Assembly: GCF_963921235.1 (NCBI RefSeq)
Contig: NC_086097.1
Span: forward strand, 142,664,001 to 142,728,000
DNA: 64,000 nt
Reading direction: 5' to 3'
Origin: Mobula hypostoma
Taxonomy: Eukaryota
Part shown: piece by piece, positions 12,684 to 26,489 of the stretch
How positions within the stretch are numbered: the stretch's first letter is position 1
Layout of the letters: each line of letters begins with the position of its first letter
Notes under the pieces: model-generated
What the model was told of the DNA's origin: nothing
The model's input: the letters and a program-made list of their open reading frames with translations, nothing else
Database searches by the model: none
Made by a program: the position numbers and the translations under genes

Positions 12684-15420
12684 TCTTTTTTATTGATTAT
12701 TATTGAGATCAACAAAAAATACATTAAAGTAATCAAGTCAATGAGGTATTAAATTACCAAATAACTAACAAAGCTAAACAATATATCAATAATAATAAGA
12801 AAATAAAGTGTTAAGAATATTCTTTTTTGGAAAAAAGGAGGAAAAAAGAACCCCTACTAACAAAAGAAACCGAAAAGAGAAAAAAAAACCATTGGGAGCA
12901 CAATCCTGGAGCTACACGTCATACAAGCTTCCATAAAAGAAAAACATCAATCCGCCAACACAAATCCATTTAAACAAGAATCAGAAAGAAACCATCTTGA
13001 TTAATTCAAATCAGATTATATTAGTGGGAAGAAGAACCCCACCTTTTCTCAAAGTCAAATTGAGGATCAAAAGTTCGACTTCTGATTTTCTCCAAACTAA
13101 GACACAACATCACCTGAGAGAACCATTGTATCAAAGTGGGAGCAGAGGCATCTTTCCATTTCAATAAAATTGCCCTTCTGGCCAACAATATAACAAATGC
13201 AATTACATGTTGGTCTGATATAGAAATACCATGAATATATTGAGGGATCATACTGAACAAAACTGTCAATTTATTAGGTTGTAAATTGATTTTTAAGGCT
13301 TTAGAAATTGTAGAGAAAATAGATTTTGAAAACTGTTTCAATACAGAACACGACCAAAACATATGTGTCAATGTAGCTGTCTCGGTTTTACATCTACCAC
13401 ACTATCAACATCAGGAAACATTTTAGAAAGTCTCTCCTTTGTCAAATAGTAACAATGTACAATTTTAAATTGAATTAAAGAGTGACTGGCACAAATGGAA
13501 TTAGAGTTAACCAACTTCAAAATTTGCAACCAATCCTCTATTATCAAGGACATGTTAAGCTCTCTTTCCCAATCTTGCTTGATCTTAAGTGAAGGGTAAT
13601 TGTACTGTTATAACAGTAAATGATAAATTTTCCCAATAAAACCTTTCACTAAAGAATTCATTTTTAAAATAATGTCTAACAGGTCAGAATCCTGTATATA
13701 TGGAAAATTACTTAAATATTCTTGTAAGAAATGTCTGACCTGAAGATATTGCAAGAAATGTGAGTACGAGAGAGAGTATTTAGTGACTAATTTCTCAAAA
13801 GACATCAATTGGCTTTCTTGGAACAGATCCATGAAGGAATAGACTCCTTTATTCCTCCAAAGAAAAAAGGTAGGATCACTAAATTTAAGTTTAAATAAAT
13901 AATTTTGATAAATTAAACTAAGAAGGTTAAATTTTTTGAGATTAAAAAAATTACGAAACTGGTACCAAATTCGTAACAATTGCTTAATCACAGGATATAA
14001 ATTTAGATTAGAAATTTTGGCCAGTTGTACAGGTAAAGAAGCTCCTAATAACGAGGTTAAGTAAAATTGTTTCACAGTTCTCAATTCCACATCAACCTAA
14101 GGTGGTCGTTCATTTTTATCAACCCAATTCAACAGGAACACATATAACATATATTAACAGCCCAACAGTAGATTCTTAAATTAGGCAGAGCAAGACCTCT
14201 ATCTTTTAAAAAAAATTTTTGTAAATGATATTTTCCAATTCTTGGTCTTTTATTATTCCAAACAAAAGATGAAATAATAGAATCAACCTGATCAAAACAC
14301 TTCTTAGTTTAAAAAAAAAGGAATATTTTGAAATAGATATAAAAGTTTTGGTAAAATCATCATTTTAACTGCATGAATTCGGCCAGCTAACAAAAGTGTA
14401 AGTGGATTCCATCTACAAAACAATTGCTTCACAAAATCCACAAATTAGCTCTATAAAGGACTCTGTGATTTTTAGTGATAATAATACCCAAATATTTAAA
14501 AGAGTCCGTAACTTTAAAAGGAATGTCATCATATATAAAAGCAGAATCATTTAGAGGAAATAATTCACTTTTATGAAGGTTTAATTTATATCCCGAAAAT
14601 TTTCCAAATTCATTTAATAATTTCAATAAACTAGGAATGGATTCTTCAGGATTCGACACATAAACTAAGATATCATCAGCATAAAGGGAGATCTTATGAA
14701 TAGTCCCATTTATGGAAATTCCATGGATATCCTTAGCTTCACGAAGTGCAATGGCCAAGGGTTCCAACACCAAATTAAATAACAGGAGACTTAACGGACA
14801 TCCTTGTCTCGTACCCCGTGAGAGTCGAAAAAAAGATCTGCAATTATTAGTAATAATAGTAGCAATAGGGCTTTTATATATCATTCTAATCCACTTATTA
14901 AAATTAGTACCATAGTTGAATTTCTCTAAAACGTTAAATAAGTATTTCCATTCAACTCTATCAAATGCCTTTTCAGCATCAAGAGAAACAACACATTGGG
15001 GAGCCTTAGAAAAGGATGAGTAAATAACATTTAACAGTCTCCGAGTATTAGAGAAGGAATAACGGCCCTTTACAAAACCTGTTTGGTCCTCAGAGATAAT
15101 TTTAGCTAGAATATTCTCCAGTCGATTAGCCATTATTTTTGAAAGAATTTTAGCATCCACATTTCAGTCAGTAAGGTCTTTATCTTTCTTAAGAATTAAA
15201 GAAATAGAAGCTTCATAAAATGTGGGAGGTAACTCTCCTATCAAAAAAGAATCTTAGCGTTTCCAACATATATGGAGAAAGCAATTTTTCAAACTTTTTA
15301 TAAAATCCTAAATAACTGTCCAATCCAGGAGCTTTACCAGATTGCATTGAAAGAATAGCTTCCTGAATTTCTTTTTCAGTAACAGGAGTATCAAGTGTTT
15401 GTTGATCTTCAACAGAAATT
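12684..15420 (-). mobile_element. L1-clade LINE ORF2 remnant
   Basis: DAKILSKIMANRL, DQTGFVKGR, DAEKAFDRVEW, RQGCPLS, LYADD, HMFWSC; AT-rich, AATAAA/A-rich 3' end. Confidence 0.9.
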
Positions 15421-16410
15421 CTAGCTCAAGTTTATTGTCACCTGACTGTGCATACGAAACGAAACGAAACGAAACATTCCTCCAGACTGTAGTGCACCCA
15501 CAAAGTATTAACCACACACAGCGCATAAAACAAAATACTACAATAAATATGTTAATAAAATATAATTCAAAAGGCACATTGTGCATAGCACAGGTGAACA
15601 GTAAACAGCTCACTGCCCTAGCGACGAGACCTTGGTGGTGGCAGGGTATTAATCAGTCTCACATCCTGAGGGAAGATTACGTTACCCAGTCTGACTGTTC
15701 TCGTCCTGATGCTGCTGTACCTCCTTCCTGATGGTAGTGGATCAGAAAGATTGTGGGTGGTAAGGATCCTCAACAATGCCTTGGGCCCTTTCTTTACAAT
15801 GCTCCTGGTTATTGTCACAAATGGGGGTGGGAAGAAGACCCCGGTGATCCTCTTGGTGGCATTTACTATCCCTTGTAGGGTCTTGCGGTCCAATGCTTTG
15901 CAGCTTCCATACCACACAATGATGCAGCCAGACAACACTCTCGTTGGTGCTTCTGTAGAAAGTTATAACAACTGGGGCAGGGAGCCTTGCACGCCTTAAT
16001 CTCGTCAGAAAGTGTAGATACTACTGTGTCTTCTTGACTAGTGAGTAGGTGGCATGGGTCCAGGTTAGATCATTCATTATGTGCACAACAAGGAACAGTG
16101 TTCTTCACTCTCTCCTCGGCAGAGTTACTGATGTGCAACGTAGTGTGGTCGACCTGCGCCTTTCTGAAGTCCACAATCATTTCTTCTGTCATTTTCACAT
16201 TAAGACTTATGATGTTGTTCTCACACTATTTAACAAGCCTCTCTACCTCCACCCTGTATGCCAACTCATCATTGTTGTTGATGAGGGCAACCACAGTAGT
16301 ATCAACAGCAAACTTGATGACGTAGTTTGAGTGGGATCTGGCAGTGCTGTCGTGAGTCAACAATGTGAACAGTACACAGGTCAGGGGGCACCAGTGCTTA
16401 GCGTGATGGG
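15421..16410 (-). mobile_element. Rex1/Babar-like LINE fragment
   Basis: LSGCIIVWYGSC..DRKTLQ, PLPSGRRY motifs; abuts the truncated L1. Confidence 0.75.
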
Positions 16411-17490
16411 AGCTTCATATGAAGAGACACTGAGGCCCTGGTTAAGAACAAAACAGGAGATGCATAGCAGGTATAGACAGGTAGGAAGAAATGAGGTGCT
16501 TATTAAATATAAGAAATACAAGAGAAAACTTAAGAAAGATATCACAAGGGCTAAAAGAAGGCATGATGTTGCCCTAGCAGACAAGGTGAAGGAGAATCCT
16601 AAGGGATTCTACTGATATTTAAGAGCAAAAGGATTGTAAGGGATAAGATTGGTCCTCTGGAAGATCAGAATGGTAATACATGCATGGAGCCTAAAGAGAT
16701 GGGAGATTTCTTAAATGAATTTTTTTGCATCTCTATTTACTCAGCAAATGGACATATAGTCTATAAAAGTGAGGCAAAGCAGCATCGACTTCATGGACTC
16801 TAGACAGGTTTCAGAGGAGGTGGTGTTTGCTGTCTTGAGGCAAATTAGGGTGGTTAAATCCCCAGGGCCTGACAAGGAGTTCCCTTGGACCCTGTGGGAA
16901 GCAAGTGCAGAAACTGCCAGGGCCCTAGCAGAGATACTTAAATCATCCTTAGTGTCAGGTGAGGTACAGGAGGATTGGAGCATAGCCAAAGTTGTTCTGT
17001 TGTTAAAGAAAGGCTCTAAAAGTAAACCAAGAAGCTATAGACTGTTAAGCCTGATGTCATTAGTGGGAAAGTTAGAAACATAGAAGACCTACAGAAAAAT
17101 ACAGGCCCTTCAGCCCACAAAGTTGTGCTGAACATGTCCCTACATGTTATTGGAAGGTATTCTAAGGGACCAGATATATGAGTATTTGAATAGAAAGGGG
17201 ACTACTTAGGGAGAGTCAACATGGCTTCATGCGTGGTGGGTCATGTCTAACCAATCTTATAGAGTTTTTCAAGGAAGTTACCAGGAAAGTTGATGAAAGC
17301 AAAGCAGTGGATGTTGTCTACATGGACTTTAGCAAGGCATTTGAGAAGGTCCCGCACGAGAGGTTGATCAAGAAGGTTCAGTCGTTTGGTGTTCAAAATG
17401 AGGCAGTAAATTGTATTAGACACTGGCATTGTGGGAGAAGCCAGACAGTTTGTAGATGGTTGCCTCTCAGACTGGAGGCCTGTCACTAGT
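16411..17490 (+). mobile_element. CR1-clade LINE internal fragment with a small nested CR1 tail (17072-17145)
   Basis: KENPKGFY, KSPGPD, SCLTNLIEFF, YMDFSKAF motifs. Confidence 0.85.
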
Positions 17491-17984
17491 TTACCCAACA
17501 ACCTGAGGGATGGACATGTTAAACGGTGAGCTGAAGTTGATGAACAACATCCCGGCATTTGAGGCCTAATTCTCAAGGTGTAACAGTATGCAGTGGAGAG
17601 CTGAGGCTATAACCTCGTTAATGGACCAGTCTGAGTGACAGGCGAACTGGAAAGGGTCCTATGCAGCTGGAAGGTGGGATTTTATATGATCCACTACTAG
17701 CTACTCAAAGTCAGTGCCACTGGGCTGTAATCCTTTAGGCCAGTTACCGTTGCTCTCTTGAGACACCAAAATGATGGTGGCTGCCGTATATGGAGGAATT
17801 TAAGGTGGGGGGTTATATGGGAGGCAGGGTTTGAGGGTCGGCACAACATTGTGGGTCAAAGGGCCTGTAATGTGCTGTACTATTCTATGTTCTATGCCTT
17901 GAAGCCTGCAGAGACAATGGACTGTTTTCAAAGAGACATTAAAGATTAAATTATTCCAATCCATGCCACTTCTGTCTTTTAAAA

Positions 17985-18570
17985 ATTATTATTGTACTTG
18001 CCTCAACCACGATAGCTGATTCCACATAGATGCCACCCCAGTGTAAAAAAAGTTATCATACCCTTCCCCTCTCACTTTACTCATATGTTCTCTAGTTTCT
18101 AATTCCTCAAACCGGGGGAAAAAGACTGAATGCATTCTATCTATGCCCCTTGTGATCTTACACACCCCTAGATCACCTCTCCTTTGCTCCAAGGAATAAA
18201 GTCCTAGCCCGTCCAACCTTTTCCTATAACTCAATCCCTCAAGTCCTGGCAACATCCATGTAACCTGGGTTCATTTCCCGCCACTGTCTGCGAGGAGTTT
18301 GTACAGTCTCCCTGTGACCACATGGGTTTCCTCCAGGTGCTCCGGTTTCCCCCCACAGACCAAAGTCATACCAGTTGATAGATTAATTGGTCATTGTAAA
18401 TTGTCCCGTGATTAGGCTAGGTTAAATTGAGAGTTGCTGGGGTGTGCAGCTTGCAGATCTGTAAGAGCCTATTTGGCACTGTATCTCAATAAATAAACAA
18501 CCTTTACTGCATGATTTCCAGTTTATTAACATCAATCCTGTAACAGGATGACCAAAACTGAACACAAATA
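17985..18570 (-). mobile_element. CR1 3' fragment interrupted by a V-SINE
   Basis: MLPGLEGLSYRKRLDGLGLYSLE; resumes after ~18500. Confidence 0.7.
18260..18497 (+). mobile_element. V-SINE (HE1-like) fragment
   Basis: ggagtttgtacagtctccctgtgaccacatgggtttcctccaggtgctccggtttcc central domain; aataaataaa end. Confidence 0.75.
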
Positions 18571-18927
18571 AAAATTCAGAACCACACTGTTAACTCACTT
18601 AGTCTCAGCTAATCAAAGATATTGGTGAGCTCACACTTAGAGAATTGTATTTTTTTTTGTCTGTGTAATGTGTTACTAATAGGCTGTGGGACATGCCCAG
18701 CAGGCTTGACTATACAAACCAAAAAGAAAAACTAAGCCCAAATTAGACAGGGAGAAATGGCAAGCTCTGATAAAAATAGAAAGAATGAGTTACCTGAAGT
18801 TGGAGAATTTGATATTCTCCTCTTGTTGCACAGGAAAATATGGGGAGTGCTGAGAGGGGATAGAAGAGCAAACCAGGGAGTGTCTGAGGGAGTGACCCAA
18901 TCAAAGTCTTGAAAATGCTAGAGGTTC

Positions 18928-19197
18928 GGACCGGCTGGTGGCGCAATGACATCAGCGTCGAACCCTGGAATGGAGGTTCCTGGGTTCGAACCCAGCCGGG
19001 TCCGCTCCCGAATACGCTTTCCATCCGTGCCGGGTTGAGTGTCGAGATCACAACTTGACCTCGTAAAATAAAGGGAAAAACACTGCGATATGTCTGTGTG
19101 AGGAGTGGCGTGCTACACAGTCTCTCCCTCTCTCCACACCTTGTAAAGGCATGAAAAAGACACTGTCCCGCCAATATCACACACGCCAAAAAAAAAA
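18928..19197 (+). mobile_element. tRNA-derived SINE with poly(A) tail and 17-bp TSD
   Basis: A box TGGCGCAATG, B box GGTTCGAACCC, A-run tail; TSD gaaaatgctagaggttc (18911-18927) / gaaaatgctggaggttc (19198-19214). Confidence 0.88.
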
Positions 19198-20146
19198 GAA
19201 AATGCTGGAGGTTCAGGCATTGCATAGGTTGAAAATAGTAATTGATAAATTTCTGGATATCAAGAGACGTGAAATGGGAATAGTGTTGGAAAATGCTGCC
19301 AGTAATGAAAATCTACCATGAGTACAATGAATGCTAAGAATATTCCAGCTCTTATGTTAAATCTAGTGAGACTACAAAGCATAGTTGGAAACTAGGATCC
19401 TAGTACATGAAACAGAAAAACTTGGCATGCAGTTAAAGAAAGGAATCAAGAAAAGTAATGGAATTTTAGTGCTTTTTGTGAGGAGTATGGGGTGTAAAAG
19501 TAGGGCAGTTTTGATAAAATTTTACAAATGCATTACCAAAAGCACACCTAAGGGGATGTGCAGGGTGGGGACAGACAAAAAGGTGGTATTGCAGTGAAAA
19601 CTGGACCAACCACCATATTACTAAAAAGAGGAAGAAATTTGAAGTGTCAACTAGCAGACTCTTGTTCCTGTTTTTCATGCTACTGGATTGATTTAATTCA
19701 GTATCACAAACGTACATACCAAATTACAATGCCTTGATGGCATTTCCAAAACCGGTGCCCTCCATTACCTGGAAGGACAAGGCAGTGGCGAATGGAAACA
19801 CCGTCAAATGCCAACTCTACTCCAAGGAACCCAACATCCCAACTTCAGACTCCTTCATACATGGTCAAAATCTTGGACCCAAAGTAGCACTGTGGTAACT
19901 CCTCCATTATTACAGTGGGTCAGAAGGCTACTTGCAAACAGACAGGGGTGGTCAATAAATCTAGTTTATCTTCAAAATCTAAAAATTACTTAATTATTTT
20001 TCGCTTGTGGAATTTGATTTAATTTCTTTCAAGCTGTTAGATCAATGCCACGAACAGCACGCTATCACAATTGACAATATATAAATATACTTTTCACAAC
20101 CTTAAGATGTCCCTGATCGTCTTACAGCCAATGAAGTACTTTAAAG

Positions 20147-20374
20147 CAGTGCTCCCCAACCTCCGGGCGGCAAACCGATACTGGGCTTCGAAGCGCGCAG
20201 TGGAGATTTCACTTGCTCTACGCAATCGGGAACTGCCTCTGCTCTGGGCTGACATTTACGTGCTGGGCGGCACCTAATTAATTAGCTTGTTTATTTCAGC
20301 TTTTTTCTTAAAGATGTGTCCCGGCTACCACTGCACCACTGCATGCTTCGCGGCCTGGAGGTTGGGGACCACTG
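20147..20374. mobile_element. hAT/Charlie-like MITE
   Basis: TIRs cagtgctccccaacctcc / ggaggttggggaccactg; degenerate 8-bp flanks ctttaaag / ccttaggg. Confidence 0.75.
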
Positions 20375-20569
20375 CCTTAGGGTACTAGAAATGTAGTTGG
20401 AACATAGTTAATGCTGCAGTCAATTTGCACAGCCAGAGCAACTTGGGCACTGATTCCAAATGAACAGTTCAGTACCACTGAGCGAATGTTACACAGTTGG
20501 GAGTGTCGCCCCTGATACGGCATAAAGCCAAGATCTAGTTTGACCTGTCAGGCAATGCAAAAAAATCCC

Positions 20570-21412
20570 ATGATTTGTAGGGTTGTTCGACAAGCCAGGA
20601 GGTTAGGTGTAAATATTTTCTCACCAATCTTGGTGACGTTATTAGTGCGCAATTAATTGAGTGTTCTTCCTGCCAAGTGCTTGCGTTGATATTGTTCTGA
20701 CTCATTGTTCTCATTGGTTGGCTGTTGTGCTGGCCTCTAGTCTCCGCTGGTCCTGGCCAATCACATAGCTGAGTGATCTTTGCCGGCCTGTACTCCTGGA
20801 TGTCGGTCATTGTGTGTGGTGTTTCCTCGGGTGCCCATGGTTCAACCCTTGGCCCCAATCCCGAAATGCTTAGGCTCGTAAGTTGCATCTAGTTCAATAT
20901 TCTTCTTTATAGAGTCTTCCATTGAGAACAAGGCTTCTAAGAATTCTCTTGAGTTCTTGTTTTGTGCTTCTGCCAGAATTTCCCAGACAAACTTGTCTCA
21001 TTCTTGGTCTTCATCTACTGAGATGAGAGACATGTCTTCTTATGGCTAACTGATGATCATGTAGTCTTGGGGATAGTTTTATGAACCTATGCACCTGTGG
21101 ATTCAGGGCAAGGGTTGAGCCATAGACACCCAAGGAACCAATGCTCACAACAAACGATAACCAAGGATAAGGGCCAGCAGAGATCACTCAGCTACCCGGT
21201 TGGCCGGGACCGAGCGGAGACTAGCGGTCAACGTGACACCCAACCAATCAGAATAATGAGTCGGACCATATAAATGCAAGCATTTGGCAGGAACAACATT
21301 CAATTGCACACTGATGATGTCACCTTGACTGATGAGGAATCGCTTGTGACCTAACCTCCAGGCTCAGCAAATAATTCTACAAACAGCCAACCCGAGCTAC
21401 CAATCTTCTCTT
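20570..21412. mobile_element. Penelope-like element remnant with inverted pseudo-LTRs
   Basis: Minus-strand REFLEALFSMEDSIKKNIELDATY (GIY-YIG-domain C-terminus like); 20570-20850 and 21110-21412 are diverged inverted copies with decayed hammerhead cores. Confidence 0.65.
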
Positions 21413-21803
21413 TTATTTTGAAATCCCATGACATTAATTGATTAAAAGCCAGCCAGTCCTCAAAGGCATCTTGACCAATAATTTTCTATCAACCAGCATC
21501 ACTGAGAGGATTATGTGGCTACTATATCACTGCAGCATGCAGTGTGCAAATTGATTCCATCTTTCATACAATAGTCACCACAACATTTGCTGTAACTGCT
21601 TGGAGACACCCAAAAGCTTGAAAAGCACTATACAAATGCAAGTCTACATGATACACATTTCTTGTTTCCTTTCTTCAAAAAAACAAGAATTCATATCAAA
21701 ATACTACTCAAGGCCAATTATACATTCTGCTGTGAAACATTACTATTAAATAGCTGGTGGCAAGTGCTCGTCTAAGGCTTAAGGAAAAAGAAAAGAAGCT
21801 TGC

Positions 21804-21990
21804 CTTTCATCTGGAACGGATCGCTTCAGTCCTTCTCTCTCATAGGCAGAGGGTGGAGGGGAGGTCGTTGGCCTGCGTTTCTTCCGATCTTTGCTGAGAG
21901 ATTTGTCCACATCTTTCTCTTTGCCCAGGTTCACTGGTGTTTTTGGAACCTGAGGGGCATCTTTTTGTGATGTCCCCTCCCTGCCACGCT
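21804..21990 (-). CDS. SETD2: SETD2 exon 14 (GC donor)
   Basis: RGREGTSQKDAPQVPKTP...KDRKKRRPTTSPPPSAYEREGLKRSVPDER; tccag|AG ... GAAAG|gcaagc; phases fit exons 13 and 15. Confidence 0.88.
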
Positions 21991-23732
21991 CTGGAAAAAC
22001 AAGTACGTGAGCAGAACTTCAGCATCTTCTACCATCTTAACATGGGATTAAATCAATAGGCAAATTGACAGTAAATTGCTCTTTAGTTTAATTTTGTTCC
22101 TATGTTCTACTTAACATAAAACACAAGCAACATCAAATATACTGGTGTCCAGCCTAGCTGGCATAAAAGCAGATCAGGACAAGGACTGGCAGCTGCTTTG
22201 ATATCAAGTCTCCCTTCCCAACCCAATGCCTACAGATCATTCCACATGGGTACCAAAGCAGTAGTTATTAGCAATGAAGTACAAAAAGATAACTCTTGTC
22301 TTACCCCTGGGTGATAAAGGATTATGGGCAGGAATGGACTTGACATTAAGCCTAGCTCAACATAGGTGGCTATCTCTTAAACGGCTCTCTGCAGAGTTCT
22401 AAAAGGGTATGGTTTTTATTAAATGAACCACCACTTCCCAGAGCAACAAGAAACTGGTAACAGAAATGTCACCCATAATCTGAGGGAAAAAAAAATTTAA
22501 AATATTTGATTTCAAGTGAACTGTCAGATTGGACTAAGACCTCAACATCTACTTTTCGGATGTTTTTTGTATCAAGCACATGCTCCATAAGACTTTTTTT
22601 TGGTTTGAAGGGCAGGAGATCTGAAGAACTTACAAATTCTGTTCACAAGTCCTTTTGCCAAGTCTCCTGAAGATGATTTGAAATGCAATACCATTTAGAC
22701 CTCAGACCTCATCATTATACCTCTACAGCTGTTGACTTACTCAACCACTCCATCACCCTCCTAACTCCTCCCAAAACTGCTATCTCTATCTTCTATCCTG
22801 AAGTGTTTTGGCATGTGAGTGTGTTTTATCAACTGTTAGATCCAGTCTTGACAAATCCTGTCAAGAGTTTATCATGAAAATCTTAGCCATCAAGTGGCCA
22901 CCCACCCAGCTCTTCTCCTTCCCATATCAAGTCAAACCTCCTCATTCCCTCACCATTATTTTCACTTTATCTATTACATTTCCATGAAACTCTCCTCCTG
23001 TCTCCTCATCCCAATAGCTCCTTTTCTATTCTGGATGAGGTAATCAAGACATTGTGTTCCTCTTGAAAACACCATCATTGCTTCACCTCAAAAATTCACT
23101 CCCATTCCCTTAAGTCAAGCAATGGCCAGCCCTTCTCTCCTCTCCACAGTTACTGAAGGTATCTATTTTTCTCTTATTTAATTTGCGCCGATCGATGTCA
23201 ACTCCTGTCCCAGCATCAACCCAGCAAATCACAAATATCATGCTCTATTTCTGTGACGATGATGTTACCCCATTTCCCCTTAAAGAACAAAAAGACTTTA
23301 CAGCCCACAAAAGGATATTCTGCCCCTGGCAAACCACCAGCTAGTTTATTCCACCACCTTGGTCCATAATTCTTAAGTCAATTTTAGGAGTTGTGGGACT
23401 TTATAAATACATTGGGAAATTTCACCGTCACCCCACATTTTCATACAGTAAACCACGCTGCTTTTTGGGTGAAAATATTTTTCCTCAACTCCATTCTCGC
23501 TCTTATCTATTCGTATTCGCTCTTATCTTAGAACAGAGATTAAGGGAAAAACCATGGGAACACAAGGCTCAAATTGTACAAGGTTGTACACTTCCAAATG
23601 TAATGCAAGGCAAAATAAATGAAATGCAAATATATTTGAAGCTTAACTGCAAAAAAAGGTTTAATTTCTACGTGAGTAAGATGCCCTCCATTTTTCCACC
23701 CTCCTTAGGAATTCTGCAATGCTTATACGCAC

Positions 23733-23787
23733 CAATACTTTCTCGTTCTGTTTGTGTTCGGTCCTTCTTGGGAATTCTATACACCTC
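23733..23787 (-). CDS. SETD2: SETD2 exon 13
   Basis: EVYRIPKKDRTQTERESI; atcag|GAG ... ATTG|gtgcgt (55 nt, phase 1). Confidence 0.92.
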
Positions 23788-23899
23788 CTGATTAACAAAG
23801 ATTGCACTGTTAGAAACAAGCATTGATACTAAACTGACACATCTTAAGGTAATTCAATGCCAGCCAGCTTCCAGTCATGTAAAAGGCTGATAGACAAGG

Positions 23900-24852
23900 C
23901 AAGAACTCAAAGTATTGAAAATTGGTTACTACACAGAAGACAGAGAGTTGTAATATGTAAATACCTCTTCATGCTTATTGAGTGTACCTAGTGGACTGCC
24001 CCAAAGATTTTTTCTAGTTTGCAATTATTTACTATTTATTGAAGGATCTGTAAGGTATTCAAATTTGCCACGGACATGAAATATGTGGCAGTGAACGTAG
24101 ACTGCAGAAAGTGTGAAGTTACACACTTCCATTTGGGGACATCAAAAGACCATTATCTAAATAGAGAATAATAGCAAATGAAATACCAATGTTCTTGCGC
24201 ACAAATCACAGAAAGTTAGCAGGCAGGTGTAGCATGTAAATAGGAAGGCAAAGAGCATTTATAGCTTTATTGCAAGGGGTTTGGCTGAAATTACAAATAA
24301 CAAACATTGTTGCAACTGTATGGGCTGTTGGTGAGGTCACACCTGGAGTGCTGTGGGCAGTCTTGCTCCCTTTATTTAAGAAAGGATACACTAATGCTGG
24401 AAGCAATTCAGAGGAGATGCACTCAAAGTTCTAGCATGAGAGGGTTGTTTCGTCATGAGCCACTGAGGAACCGTCTATATTGTTTAGTTAAGAAGACTGA
24501 GGGATGACGTTATTGAAACATACAAGACAGAGGGACATGACATGGGAGATGTCATTCCAGTCATGAGAGAATACTGAATGAGTAGACATAGTTACAACAT
24601 AAACATATCTCCTTGGTCATTTCAAACAGAAGCACATAGGAATCTCTTGCAGAAAGTGGTGAATCTCTGGAATTTTTCTGCCCAGAAGGTTAGAACTAGA
24701 TTACTAGAGATATTTAAGAGTAGATACACTTCTGAAATTTGGGAAATGCAGGGACATGAGGATTTGGCGCAGGAGAGGAGCCATGACCTGGTGTGGATCA
24801 CGTTGAAAGGCACGTCAGGGTTAGCCTCTTCTGCTCCAGTTTTGTGTCCTTG
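23900..24852 (+). mobile_element. old CR1 3' fragment
   Basis: LVRSHLECC...YLRKD, KVVNLWN motifs with many indels. Confidence 0.7.
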
Positions 24853-25300
24853 CGTAAACAGTGTCATAAAGTATGACTATTATTTTGTGCAGACTAAAGA
24901 ATAATAGCTCAAAGTTTTGTTTGAGGGATAATGGTTGCCTACGTCATTGGAAAAACATTACCCAACCTTCTTCAAATAAGAGCATTGAGATCTATGGCAT
25001 CCAGCTGAATAACAGGATGAGACATCAGTCTAATGGTTCTGTGGCCATAGACTACTCCCAACCAGAAATGATCTGAAAACTTGATCACTTAGAGCATTAG
25101 GAACTCCAGAGGTCAAAAGCTTCTTTCCTCACATGCTTTAAATGATACAACCTAGCAAACATGCCTTTGATTTGAACGTAATGATCTCCCAAGGGAACCC
25201 ACTGACCACCTCACTCATTCACTATTTCCAAACATTAGCTCCAACTTCTCCCACCTCTCGTGCAGAACATGCCCTCTCTCAGTTACATGCCAACACCCAC

Positions 25301-25924
25301 CTTCAGGTCTTTCCAGACATCGAGTAACTTCATTGCCAGTTCGCTTACATCTTCAATTTTGCAGGACTGTTCCTGGCTCCGTTCACTCTCTACATCTGAC
25401 ACACCTTCCTCTTCATCCTGTGATGGAGTCTCCACCAAGGCTCCATCATCCAGCTTTGTTCCGTTGGCTGCTTTCAATGCAGAATCCTGGGAATCTTGGG
25501 GCTCTGCCTCGTCCCCTGGCACCTCACTCTGTATCTCCTCCTCATCTGCAGGAAGACATGGCGATGGCTCGACTGTTGTGACCACCTCATCCTTTGCCTC
25601 TTTGAGCTCAATCTCTCCATCAGAGGCTTTGCTTGTGTCCGACAACCCACTGTCCATGCTGTTCTCGCTCATGATCTTCAGCCTCCGCATCACCAGCTTT
25701 TTTGGAGTGTCACCATCAGCTTCACCACTCTGCTTCAGCCCAGGATCCTGGGTATTCAGTGGTGTTTGTGCACGGGAGGTGTTCTCACTTGAATAACCAT
25801 CTGCCTCACTGACCTGGGGAACAGATGCCTTTGACTGGGCCCAACGCTGAATGATGGGCAGGAGCTTACTTTCCTCGAGCATGTTCTTTGTGGGAATTGG
25901 TAACAGCTCTAGAGTCTTCATGAT
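25301..25924 (-). CDS. SETD2: SETD2 exon 12
   Basis: IMKTLELLPIPTKNMLEESKLLPIIQRW...DGYSSENTSRA...ETPSQDEEEGVSDVESERSQE...WKDLK; tacag|ATC ... AAG|gtgggt. Confidence 0.96.
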
Positions 25925-26489
25925 CTGTAAAAACAAATGATTCACAACTCAAATCAGGGATACTTCCTCTCTGCAATTCACTCATTCTTTACAAAACATC
26001 ATGTTGCTTAACTTACTGCCTCCCATTTCTGAACTTCTGCATGACATTATTTGCTTCATCTTCTCTCTTACTTATTCCAACCTTCCTGGAACCTGCGCTC
26101 TGGACTCGTCACCCAAGGTTTGCAGCACAACTTTGCCCCCACTGATCTTACTCCCCACTTTCCTTTTGTGGGACCCTATCATTGTCAGTTTCCTAATAGA
26201 AGAACAGTTGTTTTGCAATTGAAGCAGAAAATATACAGCAGTGTTCATCTTATCTAGCTCTCATTGTTCCCTGTTTTATCACCACTCTTTAAGTTTCAAA
26301 AACACACTTAACACTGTCCCACAAAGCTACATTTTATTTTAGTTCGAGTAAAGTTCCATCCTCAGGGTACCATCCACTAGCTGCAGCACAGTAACAACTG
26401 AAGCTCCCTCTATACAGTTCTATCAAATATTCCAGGGTAAGTGTGACACTTTATTTTCCTTTCAAACCAATCCAGAACACTAGTTAGAT

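Noticed and set aside
18935..19010. Possible tRNA gene
   Set aside because: No proper cloverleaf; followed by unrelated body, poly(A) and TSD, so a SINE head.
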